NCBI RefSeq assembly: GCF_001194135.2
Contig: NC_068997.1
Span: 34,661,978 to 34,725,977, forward strand
Reading direction: 5' to 3'
Source: Octopus bimaculoides
Taxonomy: Eukaryota
Length of the DNA: 64,000 bases
Below are positions 11,448-23,915 of the stretch, one piece after another. Numbering within the stretch: the stretch's first letter is position 1; each line of letters starts with the position of its first letter. Made by a program: the position numbers and the translations under genes. A model generated the notes under the pieces. It did not search any database. It saw nothing but the letters and a program-made list of their open reading frames with translations, and had not been told where the DNA came from.

Positions 11448-13900
11448 ATGTACAAAAAAATTACAAACAGATTAAATAATACCGGTATTATTCCACCCAA
11501 GAATAACAACCGAGAAGTGCGTACTGTAAGCTTGTTACGCAAAAAGTACGAAGATCTGAACGTGCAAAACAATCTGACAACAGAAATGAACGCACCGGTA
11601 CCCTACGAAAGCGATGACCGTCAAAATAAAGGGCCGGACATTGTCCCTCGTGTCCCGCAAACAAAACCAAAACGGCATAAATGGACACGTGAGGAATACA
11701 TTTCGATCCTATTTGCCTATTTCACAGCAGTGCTCTACCCAAAAAACGAAAATGCAACACCATATACATATAAAATATGGAAGAAAAATAATCTAAATAA
11801 AGACCTGGATACAATAATGAACCTTAATAAACTAGCTAACACACGAAGATATATTCTCAAAGCAAAAAATATCAGAAATAGAAATAGAACAATTGAAAGG
11901 AAAAATACATCAGGAAAATCTAGATAGTAGCCACACAACAATGCCAAATAATAATATAAACACTGAGAAAGTAAAACACGAAGACAAACGTAACATTTCC
12001 ACTAAAAACGAAGTAAACAAAAACCAACAAACCCAGACCGTAGAGATGTATAATAATGTACAAAAAGCACCAATCCAGAACACCACAGACAAACATATGA
12101 ATGAAAAGGAAGGCAAAACAAATCTAAAACCTGGGAATAACGAAGGGAAACCTAATGAATATGATAACATGAAAATGAAAATAATCAAAGAACTGAAAAC
12201 CACAGATCTTAGAATGGACCACAGATTATATCTCCCAGAAATCAAAATAGAAAATAAAACAACATCAATAATAAATAGCATAAACCTGGCCCTCACGCCA
12301 GGTTTATGCTACAACTGGCAACATCACTGAGCTAAATGACATAATATATGCGGCAGCGACTGCAGCCACAAGAGAAGCAGGATACTACCTCAAACCCATC
12401 CGAACAGGAGTTCCACCACCCAAAAAGACCATGTGGATAAATAATATCCAAAAGAAAATTAAAAAAAAGAGAAAAGATCTATCGATTCTCAACGAAATTA
12501 GTAGACAATCAACACAACTAAGTAACAAGAAGAAAACAAAAATACTGTACAAATACAACATTACAGAAAAAGATTTATCTGAGGCAAAAGAAAAACTAAA
12601 GCAAGATATCCTGACTAAAGCACATAGGATCCGCCGGCATGAGAAACGTCAACGTTTCTTTAAACAAAACACACAGTTCAAATCCAACCCCAAAACATTC
12701 TACCAAGAACTGGGTAAAAATAAAATAGACATTACTGCAGCATCAACAGCAGAAGAAGTGGAAGAATCTTGGAAAGAAACATGGTCGATGAAGCAACAAC
12801 CTCAGAAAAGGACCATTAAAACAACGAACTTAGCCCCTGAGCAACTCCGGACCCCTATAACAACTGAAGAGGTCACCCAGGCACTGCAAAGACTAAGCAA
12901 CCGGAAGGCACCTGGGCACGACAAGATCCCCAACTTCTGGTTAAAATACCTGACAGGAATGCACAAAAAGCTGGCTGAAAACTTTAACAACATACTAGCA
13001 GAGCCAGAGACAATGCCTGAATGGCTCACGAAAGGGAAAACCATCTTAATTCCCAAATCCACGGAAACGGAGAAACCACAAAACTACAGACCTATAACCT
13101 ATCTCCCTACGATCTACAAAGCCTTTCCTGCAATAATATCGCANNNNNNNNNNTCTCTCCACTCCTGTTCTGCCTGGCACTCACACCTTTAACTGAATTG
13201 CTAAATAGAACTGGATGCGGATACAAATGTTACGGCAAAACAGTCAGCCACCTTTTATATATGGATGACCTAAAATTATAAAGAGCTGGAAACACTACTA
13301 CAGACAGTACATGGATTTACCAAGGAAATAGATATGAAATTTGGATTAGAAAAATGTGCCAAAGCAACCCTGAAAAGAGGAAAACTAGTTAAGAGTAGTA
13401 ACATCACACTAGATAAAGCCAATGAAATAAGAGAATTAGACGAAAGCCGGCCATACAAATATTTGGGAATCAATGAACTAGATAGAATACAACACACAAA
13501 TGAAAGAGAAAATAAAGAAAGAGTACTATAGACGAGTTAGATCAATGCTAAAAACAAGATAATAGGTATTAACACTTTAACCGTCCCAGTTATAGTTATA
13601 AGTTACAGCTACAATATCCTTAACTGGACACTAAATGAACTATCTGAAATAGACAGGAAAACAAGAAAAATAATGACAGGATCTAAGATGCACCACCAAA
13701 AATCTGACATAGAAAGGCTATATATACAACGTACAGAAGGCGGTAGGGGTCTTACACAGCTGGAAAACTATTATAAAACAACCACCATAGGACTGCAAAA
13801 ATACCTACTTCAGAAGCAAGGAAAACTAATACAAAACACGAGCAAAACAAAAAACTGTTTTCAGTATTTAAGGAAGCTGACAAATACAAACAAGAAATCA
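11448..13900 (+). mobile_element. R4/Dong-like retrotransposon, copy C (N-terminal domain + RT; 3'-truncated, frameshifted)
   Basis: KRHKWTREEYISILFAYF N-terminal motif, KAPGHDKIPNFWLK, NYRPITYLP, YMDDLKL, YKYLG, RTEGGRGL. Confidence 0.9.
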
Positions 13901-14520
13901 TATTTGTTTCTCCTCTCAAAATATTATCTGGCTAGATTTATATTGGACTGGAACTTCTGTAAGGAAAAGACCACTTTACCCAAGGCCGATGCGACCACCC
14001 GTCCACCCCACCACCTCTGCCTCGTATTCAAACTGGGAGCGAGACAATATTTTTTGTGCTTGTATAAAGGCTAATGAACACTTACGAGGCAACGGCCACC
14101 AAAATAGCATATACCTAAGAGNNNNNNNNNNNNNNNNNNNNNNNNNNNNNNNNNNNNNNNNNNNNNNNNNNNNNNNNNNNNNNNNNNNNNNNNNNNNNNN
14201 NNNNNNNNNNNNNNNNNNNNNNNNNNNNNNNNNNNNNNNNNNNNNNNNNNNNNNNNNNNNNNNNNNNNNNNNNNNNNNNNNNNNNNNNNNNNNNNNNNNN
14301 NNNNNNNNNNNNNNNNNNNNNNNNNNNNNNNNNNNNNNNNNNNNNNNNNNNNNNNNNNNNNNNNNNNNNNNNNNNNNNNNNNNNNNNNNNNNNNNNNNNN
14401 NNNNNNNNNNNNNNNNNNNNNNNNNNNNNNNNNNNNNNNNNNNNNNNNNNNNNNNNNNNNNNNNNNNNNNNNNNNNNNNNNNNNNNNNNNNNNNNNCTTT
14501 GTTTATCCTCTCAAAATATT

Positions 14521-14627
14521 CTTTTCTACTTTAGGTACAAGGCCCGAAATTGTGGGGAGGAGGGGCCAGTCGATTACAAAGGATGAAAAGCAAAGTCAAC
14601 CTCGGCGGAATTTGAACTCAGAACGTA
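14521..14627 (-). mobile_element. Truncated SINE (family 2) with 16-bp target-site duplication
   Basis: ATCCTCTCAAAATATT at 14505-14520 and 14628-14643; the body resembles the reverse complement of the copy at 39145. Confidence 0.85.
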
Positions 14628-14823
14628 ATCCTCTCAAAATATTATCTGGCTAGATTTATATTGGACTGGAACTTCTGTAAGGAAAAGACCACTTTACCCA
14701 AGGCCGATGCGACCACCCGTCCACCCCACCACCTCTGCCTCGTATTCAAACTGGGAGCGAGACAATATTTTTTGTGCTTGTATAAAGGCTAATGAACACT
14801 TACGAGGCAACGGCCACCAAAAT

Positions 14824-17500
14824 AGCATATACCTAAGAGGCAGAAGCAATCGTTACACTTGAACACCCCTTCTAGGAGACGGAAACTCCAAAAACTAAAC
14901 CAACATTACAGGAATCCTATATCCTAGGATGGAGATCCTGTCAGTGGTGGTGTCACGGGAAAATATGCTGGTGGTAGAGCAAACTAAAATTCACTGACCC
15001 TCATCATGAGTGCTGAAATGTTAAATAAAAATAGAAATGAGAACGGCGTGAATGAGGCTGGAACACCTTGTGAAGGTCTCTCGTCAGGCGGGTGCCCCAC
15101 AGATAGAGCAGCGTGGGCCCAGTCGTCATCAAGCATCTGCTAAAAGAAGGTAGACGAAAGAAATGAATGTGGCTGTAATGGAGTGTTACTTTCTGGATAA
15201 TTCGAGAAATGTTAACGAAGTACCCGCAAGGGGATATGAGGAAAATGCACAGGGCATGGAGCGACAGAGGCCTATTTGAATTAAGTGAACAAAATCTGTG
15301 TGACCAAGCTAGAGCCATCAGAAAGAATGAATGATTATTTCCAGTTGAACTAGAAAGCATTAAGAGACGGGTGTTTAGGGATAGTAAGACTAAAGGTGAA
15401 CGGAAGGATGAGGAAGAGAATGCAGATAGTGAAATTATAGCAGGGGAGTTAAGGGAAGAAAGCGAGCATGAGGCTGAGATTATTGATCAAGAAAGCGATG
15501 AGAGAACCGAGGAAGAGATATCCATTTTAAATGAAATCATTGATATTTCGACCTCTGGTGAACAGAGCTTTCATACGGGGTTTAAAAAAGTAGACAGAAA
15601 GAAGAAACTCAATGAATGGGTCAGGAAGATAAATGTTATCATTCGTGATATCAGGACTGACAACATCACAAACACCAACAATACGATAAATGCAATTTCA
15701 ATCTTTATATCCCGGAAGTTAGGTTTGAAAGCCAAAGGTAAATGTCAACATAACCTGAAGGAACCATGGTAGAAAAAGCAAATAACGAGACCAGAAAGCA
15801 TATTAATGTTCTGGAACGGAAAAAGAGAAATGAGGCTCAAGAAGAGAAATATGTTGAGCTAGCGAGGAAGTATAGAGAGGAGTATCCCAGATAGTATTCA
15901 GGGCTTTTGGCTTAAAAATTTGACAGCTCTGCACAGGAGAAGTGCGAAACAGTTGGACGAAATACTGAGTAGTGACATCCAAGTACCGGCCTGGATGACG
16001 AAAGGAAGAACGGTACTATGCCAGAAGAGAAGTAAAGGGAAAGCGGCTGGAAATTTCCGACCAATACCTTGTTTGCCACTATTGTGGAAACTGATGACAG
16101 GCATCATATCAAACAGCATCTATAAGTACCTAGATGAGAACGACCTAGTGGAACAAAAAGGGTGTAGACGTAAGGAGGAACGAATGCTCAATCACTAATC
16201 GATAAGACTATTCTAGCTGGTTACAGGAAAGCATATGACATGATCCCACACTCGTGGATTATTGAATGCCTTAAACTGCTTAAGGTCTCACACAATATCC
16301 TGAAGTTAATAAAATATTCAATGACAACGTGTCAAACTGAACTCACAACATGGAGAGATAAGCTGGGAGAGGTAACTATCATAAAAGGAATCTTTCAAGG
16401 GGACAGTCTGTCGCCTCTTTTTGTTGTCTGCATACTGCTACTAACGAATTTTTTTAAGAAAGATGCATGTGGGGTACAGGCTAGGCAAGGTGAAAGTAAA
16501 CAACCTGTGGTTTATGGATGGCCCAATGCTATTCGCTAAAAGACTGAGAAAGAAATTGAGAGTTTGACAGCAACTCTGCAGATGATTAGCAAAGATATTG
16601 GCATGGAATTGGGGATCGAAACATGTGACGTAATAATTCTCAAAAGGGGGAAAATAAGTAAAAGCCATGGAATCAAGCTGAAAAGTGGTGAAACTATGAA
16701 ACAAGTCGGAGAGGAAAGATATAAGTACCTAGGTAACATTGAAAGAGATAAGATGAATGAACACAAGATGAAAGAAATGTACAGGAAAGTGTATTTGAGG
16801 AGATATTGGCTTGTGATCCAATCGAAGCTAAATAGTCGCTATAAGATTAGAGTAATTAACACGTGAGCTGTTGCTTTGATGAGATATGGGGCAGGAATAG
16901 TATCTTGAAAGAAGCATGAATTACAATAGATAGACAGGAGAACACGAAAATTAATGACAATGAACGAGGAACTACAGCCCAAGAGAGATGTGTCAAGATT
17001 GTGTGTAAAGAGGAAGGAAGGAGGACGGAGATTAGTGTGTTGTGAAAGTTGTGTAAGCGATGAGGAGAATAGGCTGGCTTGGTATGTCAAGGGGAGTAAA
17101 GAAGAAATGATTGAAGTAGTGAAAATGCAGGGAACCTTAAAAGTTAACGAAGCCGTAGAACCAACACAATTTAAGAAAGACCAAAGAGAACAGATGCAGA
17201 AAATTTGGAATGACAAGAAAATACAGTCAGTTCTTGAAGAATAAAGATGAGATTGATTGGAATAGAACCTAGCAATGGCTGCAGAAAGGAGACTTAAAAG
17301 GGCCCAAGCTCTCAGAATAAACTACTCCAAATATCACATTGATGAAATCACTGCTCGCCACAGTGTAGGATGTGCTCTGAGAAGGGAGAAAGTATAAGCC
17401 ATACCAAAATGAAGTAGATTGAGAAGTTTATTTTGAACTTGTGGAAGACCTATGAGATGTCGAAATATTGTTCATTCGATAACAGTCGCACTCTTCTTAT
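14824..17500 (+). mobile_element. R4/Dong-like retrotransposon, copy D (leader, N-terminal domain, RT, partial CCHC; internally deleted)
   Basis: KRR*TKEMNVAVMECYF, ELSEQNLCDQARAIRKNE, NFRPIPCLP, GIFQGDSLSP, YKYLG, RKEGGRRL, CRMC; ends in (TAA)n. Confidence 0.88.
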
Positions 17501-17507
17501 TGTTTCT

Positions 17508-17630
<123 letters not shown>

Positions 17631-17900
17631 AAGCCCTGATGCAGTGGCTCTCATGGCTTCTGATCTTAACAAATTGGAAGTGCTATCATGTATATTGTTT
17701 TGCTTTAGTATAAAAGATGGGCTACAGCAAATATTCTGCTCAATGCCAAATTTGCTCGTCAGTTGTTTGATCTTAACCAGTTGAGAATGTCTTTGGTGGT
17801 TGACAATATGTGCATCTCTGATCACGAGGAGAAGTAGTGGGGGAGCATCATAGCCATGTGTTGAAAAGAATTCTTTGGTGTTTGGATAATTCACCTTTGG
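17631..17900 (+). mobile_element. 5' part of a roughly 570-bp non-coding interspersed repeat
   Basis: Its last 28 bp match the start of the copy at 22964 with 2 mismatches. Confidence 0.7.
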
Positions 17901-17919
17901 ATAAGAGGTCCATCAATTG

Positions 17920-19236
17920 TTTATTTGACCTCCTCACTAGCACGAAGTTTGCTGTTTGTGTGGTTGCTTGTTGCTGTTAGGAGTGTTTTTCTTTTTGGTC
18001 GGTTGTTACAGTTAGAGCAGTGCTGGTGGCACAGTTTGTGATTGTAGTGCTGGGGAGGTCGGGGATGCCGTAGGTGTATCTGTGGCAGTTGTGAATGTAT
18101 CATCTATGTTTTTTGTGTTGATGTGGGGCTTGATGCATTTTTGTGATTCCTTTTCATGTCTTTTGATTTTGGGGGTTCCCCCTCATGTTCGCTGTGTTGT
18201 CAGTGAATTTGAGTCTGTGGAATCAGGGCGTGAGTCGATGGGGGTTTGAAGTAGACGGAGAGAGGGAGGGAGTGGGAGAGCTTCGTTGAAGGAACCCATG
18301 GGTGCTGTATGTGTTCTTATATATTGTTTCTTCTGCTGTTAAAGAGAGTGAAACTGGTGCATTTGTTGTTCGTGTTGTTCGTGTTGCTGGTGTTATTGAA
18401 GTTGCTGGTGTTGTTGCTATGGCTGGTGTTGCTGTTGTGACTGATGTTGATGATATTGCTGGGGTTACTGTTGTTACTGGTGTTGTTGTTGATGCGGATG
18501 TTGGTGATTTTCCTTCGTTTATTGGTTTTGCTATTCTTGATGATGATGCCGAGGCTGCTGCCTTTGATACTGGTCGGTGTTCGTTTGGTTGTTGTTGTTG
18601 TTGTTGTTGTTGAGGCTTTTGGGGATCTGGTGTTGGCAGTAAATGGCTTCCACGGTTCCCTGTTTTCTGTTGGGGGCAGAAGACTCTCAAGTGTCCTGTC
18701 GCTCCACACAGGTGGCACCGTGGCCTTCTACCCTGAACTGTGACATGCAATTCTTTCCTCCTTGAAGGTGAATGAGATCTGGGATCTCGTGAATAGCTTC
18801 TGGTTGAATGTGGAGGAATACCTCTACACTGGTTCCAGACCAATTTTCACGTGTCATTTTGACCTCCAGGAGGTTGTTGCTCCCTTCCAAAAACGATCGC
18901 TACTAGAATCCACCACAGGTTTATCCCAGCGATCGTTATGTGCACCATCCTCCTTCCTAAATAGAATGGATGGCGCACATATTTTTTACTCTGACAAGGA
19001 ACCACGGAGTGTTTGGCGATCAGAGCTTCAGATTTAAAGAGCACTGAAATGCCCACAAACTGTTTTGCCTTCGAAATATGAAGAATGTCGGAAAGTATTT
19101 CTTTCAGTGCTCTTTCCACGTCCGCCTGGTGCGACATCTCCGGCCGCTTCGTGTTTATGGAGACGCATCTGTACAACCCAGTTTTCTTTTTTGTTTCTGC
19201 CAACACCTCGTGGGAGATGGCAATACTGGCTTGCTC
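17920..19236 (-). mobile_element. L1/Tx1-clade ORF1 fragment with CCHC zinc knuckle
   Basis: CHLCGATGHLRVFC knuckle; ADVERALKEI..KQFVGISVLFKSEAL is homologous to ORF1 at 32.8-33.2 kb. Confidence 0.8.
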
Positions 19237-19363
19237 CGCGCACATATGGTTGTGATGCATGTGCTTGGTGTACCCTTATCAGAGGGGTAGTCATGATGGG
19301 TATAATGAATTTCGTGTATTTTACCCCAATGTCATGTTGATGGCATGCACTGCTCTCTCACTC

Positions 19364-19365
<2 letters not shown>
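19237..19365 (+). mobile_element. 3' end of the roughly 570-bp repeat, ending in (AAT)n
   Basis: Near-identical to 23140-23265 and 28331-28440. Confidence 0.85.
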
Positions 19366-19409
<44 letters not shown>

Positions 19410-19414
<5 letters not shown>

Positions 19415-19790
19415 TGGTAGTGCTATTATTACTTTTTCCTTTAGGGGCTTTTTTAGTTTGAACTAGTTGTCTTATATTGCTGTTCGGCTTTTCTACTTCC
19501 TGGTCTTTCTTTTCCAGTTCTCTTGTGATCTCCTTCACCTCCACTTCTGTCTTCCACTTTCTTCTATCATAACGTTAGCTTGGTCTACTAGTCTCTATTC
19601 GTTTTCTATAACTCTTTTCGGTTCACTTTCTAAGTAGCACTGCATCACTATCCTGTTTTCTTCGCTAGTCCACTTTCTTCACCTTACTCTATTATCTGCT
19701 GTTGCTGTCTTAGGATAACAACTGTGGTCAGTCTGCATCTATAATGAAATACTGCCGAGCGAGAGGCCCTTCCTGAAAGGTCCAGTCTAT
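19410..19790 (-). mobile_element. R4/Dong-like retrotransposon, copy F (5' fragment)
   Basis: Minus strand KWTSEENRIVMQCYL and LVDQANV match the N-terminal motifs of copies C and D. Confidence 0.75.
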
Positions 19791-20269
19791 TATAATCTGA
19801 GGTAAGGTAATGTTCATCACTATCGTCATCATCACTGTTATTATTCGACATCTGGTAGATTCAGGTAATTTTCTATTGCATCACTTGCTGTGCTTTCGTG
19901 CTTGTGAATTGTGTACAGTATTGTTCTTGCTTTTCCTTTTATTTTCTTGTCGTATGAGGAATATTGTATTGCATCATTACGTTTTATTATGGGGTTTAGT
20001 TTGAGTCTTCTGTTGTATTAATATTTGCATTGTGTATTGCTTGTTTGTGCAGGTTGTGTTCTTTTGTTGGGTATCGAGCCTTTATGGTACATGTTGTGAG
20101 GTTTGTTCTTTTTATTGGGTATTCGCTGTATGAGTTTATTCCTGTATTTGAGGGGGCGGGGGTGTTGCATTTCAGTGTGCGTATATCACTTCACTGGAGT
20201 CGTTGTTATCTGTTTTTGGTGGGTGAGGGTTTTGTTATTCGTTTGGGCAGTGACATTAAGAGATGAGTG

Positions 20270-22960
20270 CGTCTTTAAGATTACCACAATTAAAAGGTAC
20301 CAACAGACAGAAAACTGTTAGATATGACCGGTAGATTTTGTTATCAATACGATAGATGCTAAAAATGTAGGTGGTACTAAAGTATTGATATATACAGGAG
20401 GGATAGTACTTACTAGAAGATTAGTTCTTCCTCAAAGAAACATCAGAAAAGAGTAAATGTGGGAAAAGAGATTATAAAATAAAGTGAAGACTTTGAGACA
20501 AGATCTGAGTAGAATAGAAGCCTGTAAACTGAACAAGTTAAGGAACGCAAATTTATATCATCTGCTGAGAAAAGATACGTAGTCAAAGAGAAAGGATTTG
20601 GGATAACCATGGAAGAGTTGAAACAGCGTATCATAGCAGTAACAGGCGACCTTTCCAGATATCAGAAAAGAACAGATGAGTATCAACACAATAGATTATT
20701 TGAGATAGACCAGAGGAGATTTTATAGCCAAATAAATAGAGAAGAAAATACTGAAAATAAGAAACCTAATGCAAAAGAAAGTAGAAAGTTCTGGAGTAGT
20801 ATTGGGTTGGCAACTAAGTTCCCGTTGTTTTATCAAATTTTGGAATCTGTTTTTTTTCGAGAATTCTATTTTTGAATCATTTTGGAATCTATTTTGCTTT
20901 TTTTCCTAGTTACTTTCAGTTAATTTTTGTTTATTTTCAGGATTATTAAAACAGAATGTCAAGTTAAAAAAAACCGAACGTTTTCGATACCTCCTTTTTG
21001 CTTTTAATCAAGATTCTAAGGCCGCAAAAGCTGCTCGTGACATTTGTGCTCTGTATGGGGAGGGTGCCATAGTTGAAAGAACCGCTCGTGATTGGTATGC
21101 CAAGTTCAAAAATGGAAATTTTGACCTCAAAGACACACCTTATTCTGGTCGTTCAGTTGAGTTCGATGAAGAGCGATTAAACCAACTTTTGTACGAAAAT
21201 TCTCGTCAAACGACAAGGAAACTAGCAGAGAGAATGNNNNNNNNNNNNNNNNNNNNNNNNNNNNNNNNNNNNNNNNNNNNNNNNNNNNNNNNNNNNNNNN
21301 NNNNNNNNNNNNNNNNNNNNNNNNNNNNNNNNNNNNNNNNNNNNNNNNNNNNNNNNGGGATTATCCATTACGAATTGCTTGAACGGAATCAAACGGTCAA
21401 CGTGGAACTCTTTTGTTCAACAGATGGAAACGACTCTACACGACTATTCAAGAGAAAAGACCTAATCGTCAGCATGGAGTTCTTCTGCTGCACAACAACG
21501 CTCACCCTCATATCGCCAATATGATCAAGGAAACCATTCAAACGCATGGCTGGGAAGTGCTGCCACACCCGCCGTACTCTCCTGATTTGGCACCAACAGA
21601 TTTCCACCTCTTTCGATCTCTTTCAAATGCTATGCGCAGAGTTTCGTTCAATACTGATGCAGAATTGAGAGCTTGGTTGGATCAGTTTTTCGAGTCGAAA
21701 TCAGGTGATTTCTACCAACTAGGTATTGAAAATCTTGTCGAACGTTGGGAAGAAATTGTAAACAACAAGGGTGAATACATTACTGATTAATTAGTTGTTA
21801 TTTTTTACTAAACTTTTTAAAAAGTTCAATTTAAAAAAACGGTGGGAACTCAGTTGCGAACCCAATATTTGCGATAAGCCAGTTAATCATAATGGAGATG
21901 TTGCATGATTAAAGAAAGTAAGGGAAGAAGTAGTGAATGAGTAGCAGCCATATCTAAGCCTAACTAGTGCATTAATGAGTAAATCGTTAGGAATGATGCC
22001 GAATTGAAAGGACCCAGGACCAGATTTAGTTCAAGGTTACTGGTTAAAGGAATTTAGTAGTTTATAAGGGAGACTGAGGGAATAACTCCAGGATTACCTG
22101 AAGAAGGTTAGAGTAATGTATGATCTATTATACATAGATAAAGAAGTTCAGTATGAAGTAAAACTAGAGATATAAACTTACCAATAGCATGGATAGATTA
22201 TGACCCTATGACATGATTTCACACTCATGGATCAGTGAATGTTTGTATATATCCAGTATTGCAGACAGCATAAGAGAATTAATTAGCTTTAGCATGAAGA
22301 AATGGAAAGTAGGTCTCCACACAGGAGACTCGTTATCCCCTTTAATATTTGCCTCATGCTTAATCTCTCTCAGTTTAGTATTAGGGAAGGCAAAAGCAAG
22401 GTATCAGTTCAGAAATAGTAAAGGAAAAATTACCCATTTGTTTTAAAATACATTTGAAGCATTTTAGTTAGAATAAAAAAAAGAGAGAGAGAGAGAGAGA
22501 GATTCCTTAATACAAACTGCAAGACTTCTGCAGATATAGACATGGAACTTGGCATAGATAAGTGTGCAATATTAGTCATAAAAATGGGACAGGGAGTCCG
22601 CAGTGAAGGCATCCAATTTCCAGATGGTCAGGCACTAAAATGACTAAAAGGAGTGAGTTATAAATATCTAGGAATACTAGAAACTGATAGAGTACCAACT
22701 ATAGAAATGAAAACAAAAATAGGAAAGGAGTACATCAGACGGGTAAGCTAATGAAGTCAAAGTTAGATGTTCTGAATCTAGATTTAGAACATCTAGCTTT
22801 GACTTCGTTAGCTGTAAATACTTAAGCAGTATCATTACTTAGATACTCAGCAGCTTTCATAAACTGGACAAAATCTGAATTAGCGAATTTAGACACAAGA
22901 ACTAGGAAGGAATTCAATATAAATGAAGAACTTCGCCCAAGAGTAGGAGCAGCAAGATTA
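20270..22960 (+). mobile_element. R4/Dong-like retrotransposon, copy E, interrupted by mariner
   Basis: RLPQLKG, YQKRTDEYQHNRLFEIDQRRFY, FWSS|ICDKPVNHN across the mariner, GPDLVQGYWLK, GDSLSPL, YKYLGI. Confidence 0.85.
20802..21865 (+). mobile_element. Mariner (DD34D) transposon with TIRs and TA TSD; transposase disrupted
   Basis: TIRs TTGGGTTGGCAACTAAGTTCCC / GGGAACTCAGTTGCGAACCCAA; TA at 20800-01 and 21866-67; HNNA (HDNA with D to N) and YSPDLAPTD; internal N gap. Confidence 0.95.
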
Positions 22961-22963
22961 TAC

Positions 22964-23265
22964 TTTGGGGTTTGGATAATTCATCTTTGGAAACATGGGC
23001 GTTTCGTTCAAAATCCTTAAACAACCCTTATTCAGGGACCTTTTGAGCGAGATGGGTTACTCGACCTGAAGAAAATTCTAACTGAGCCCCACTTGTAAGG
23101 TCATGCGTTGTTTATCTTGATGTGAGATCACTATGTCGCGCATATATAGTTTTGATGCATGTGCCTGGTGTACCCTTATCAGAGGGGTAGTCATGGTGGG
23201 TATACTGGGATTCGTATATTTTACCCAGTATGACTCTGATGGCATGCACTGCTCTCTCACTCGTT
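22964..23265 (+). mobile_element. 3' half of the roughly 570-bp repeat
   Basis: Overlaps the 17631 copy and shares its 3' end with the 19237 and 28331 copies. Confidence 0.85.
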
Positions 23266-23842
23266 AATAATTAAAAAAAAAAATTTTTTTAATAATAATA
23301 ATAATAATAATNNNNNNNNNNNNNNNNNNNNNNNNNNNNNNNNNNNNNNNNNNNNNNNNNNNNNNNNNNNNNNNNNNNNNNNNNNNNNNNNNNNNNNNNN
23401 NNNNNNNNNNNNNNNNNNNNNNNNNNNNNNNNNNNNNNNNNNNNNNNNNNNNNNNNNNNNNNNNNNNNNNNNNNNNNNNNNNNNNNNNNNNNNNNNNNNN
23501 NNNNNNNNNNNNNNNNNNNNNNNNNNNNNNNNNNNNNNNNNNNNNNNNNNNNNNNNNNNNNNNNNNNNNNNNNNNNNNNNNNNNNNNNNNNNNNNNNNNN
23601 NNNNNNNNNNNNNNNNNNNNNNNNNNNNNNNNNNNNNNNNNNNNNNNNNNNNNNNNNNNNNNNNNNNNNNNNNNNNNNNNNNNNNNNNNNNNNNNNNNNN
23701 NNNNNNNNNNCTTAAATACATGTTTTACCTGTGAATTTGCGTGTGTAAACTGGGAATGCATACAACGAGTTTCTCTGCCCTAGGTGTACGGAAAACACTC
23801 GGAGAGAAATGGAAGAAAATTTGAAGAAAGAAGAAAAAAAAC

Positions 23843-23915
<73 letters not shown>

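Noticed and set aside
17656-17860. HDV-like pairing in the 570-bp repeat (GCTTCTG/GAGAAGT, CTC-TGATCAC-GAG)
   Set aside because: No P1.1 (no CC/GG), A instead of the conserved L3 G, and a weak P2.
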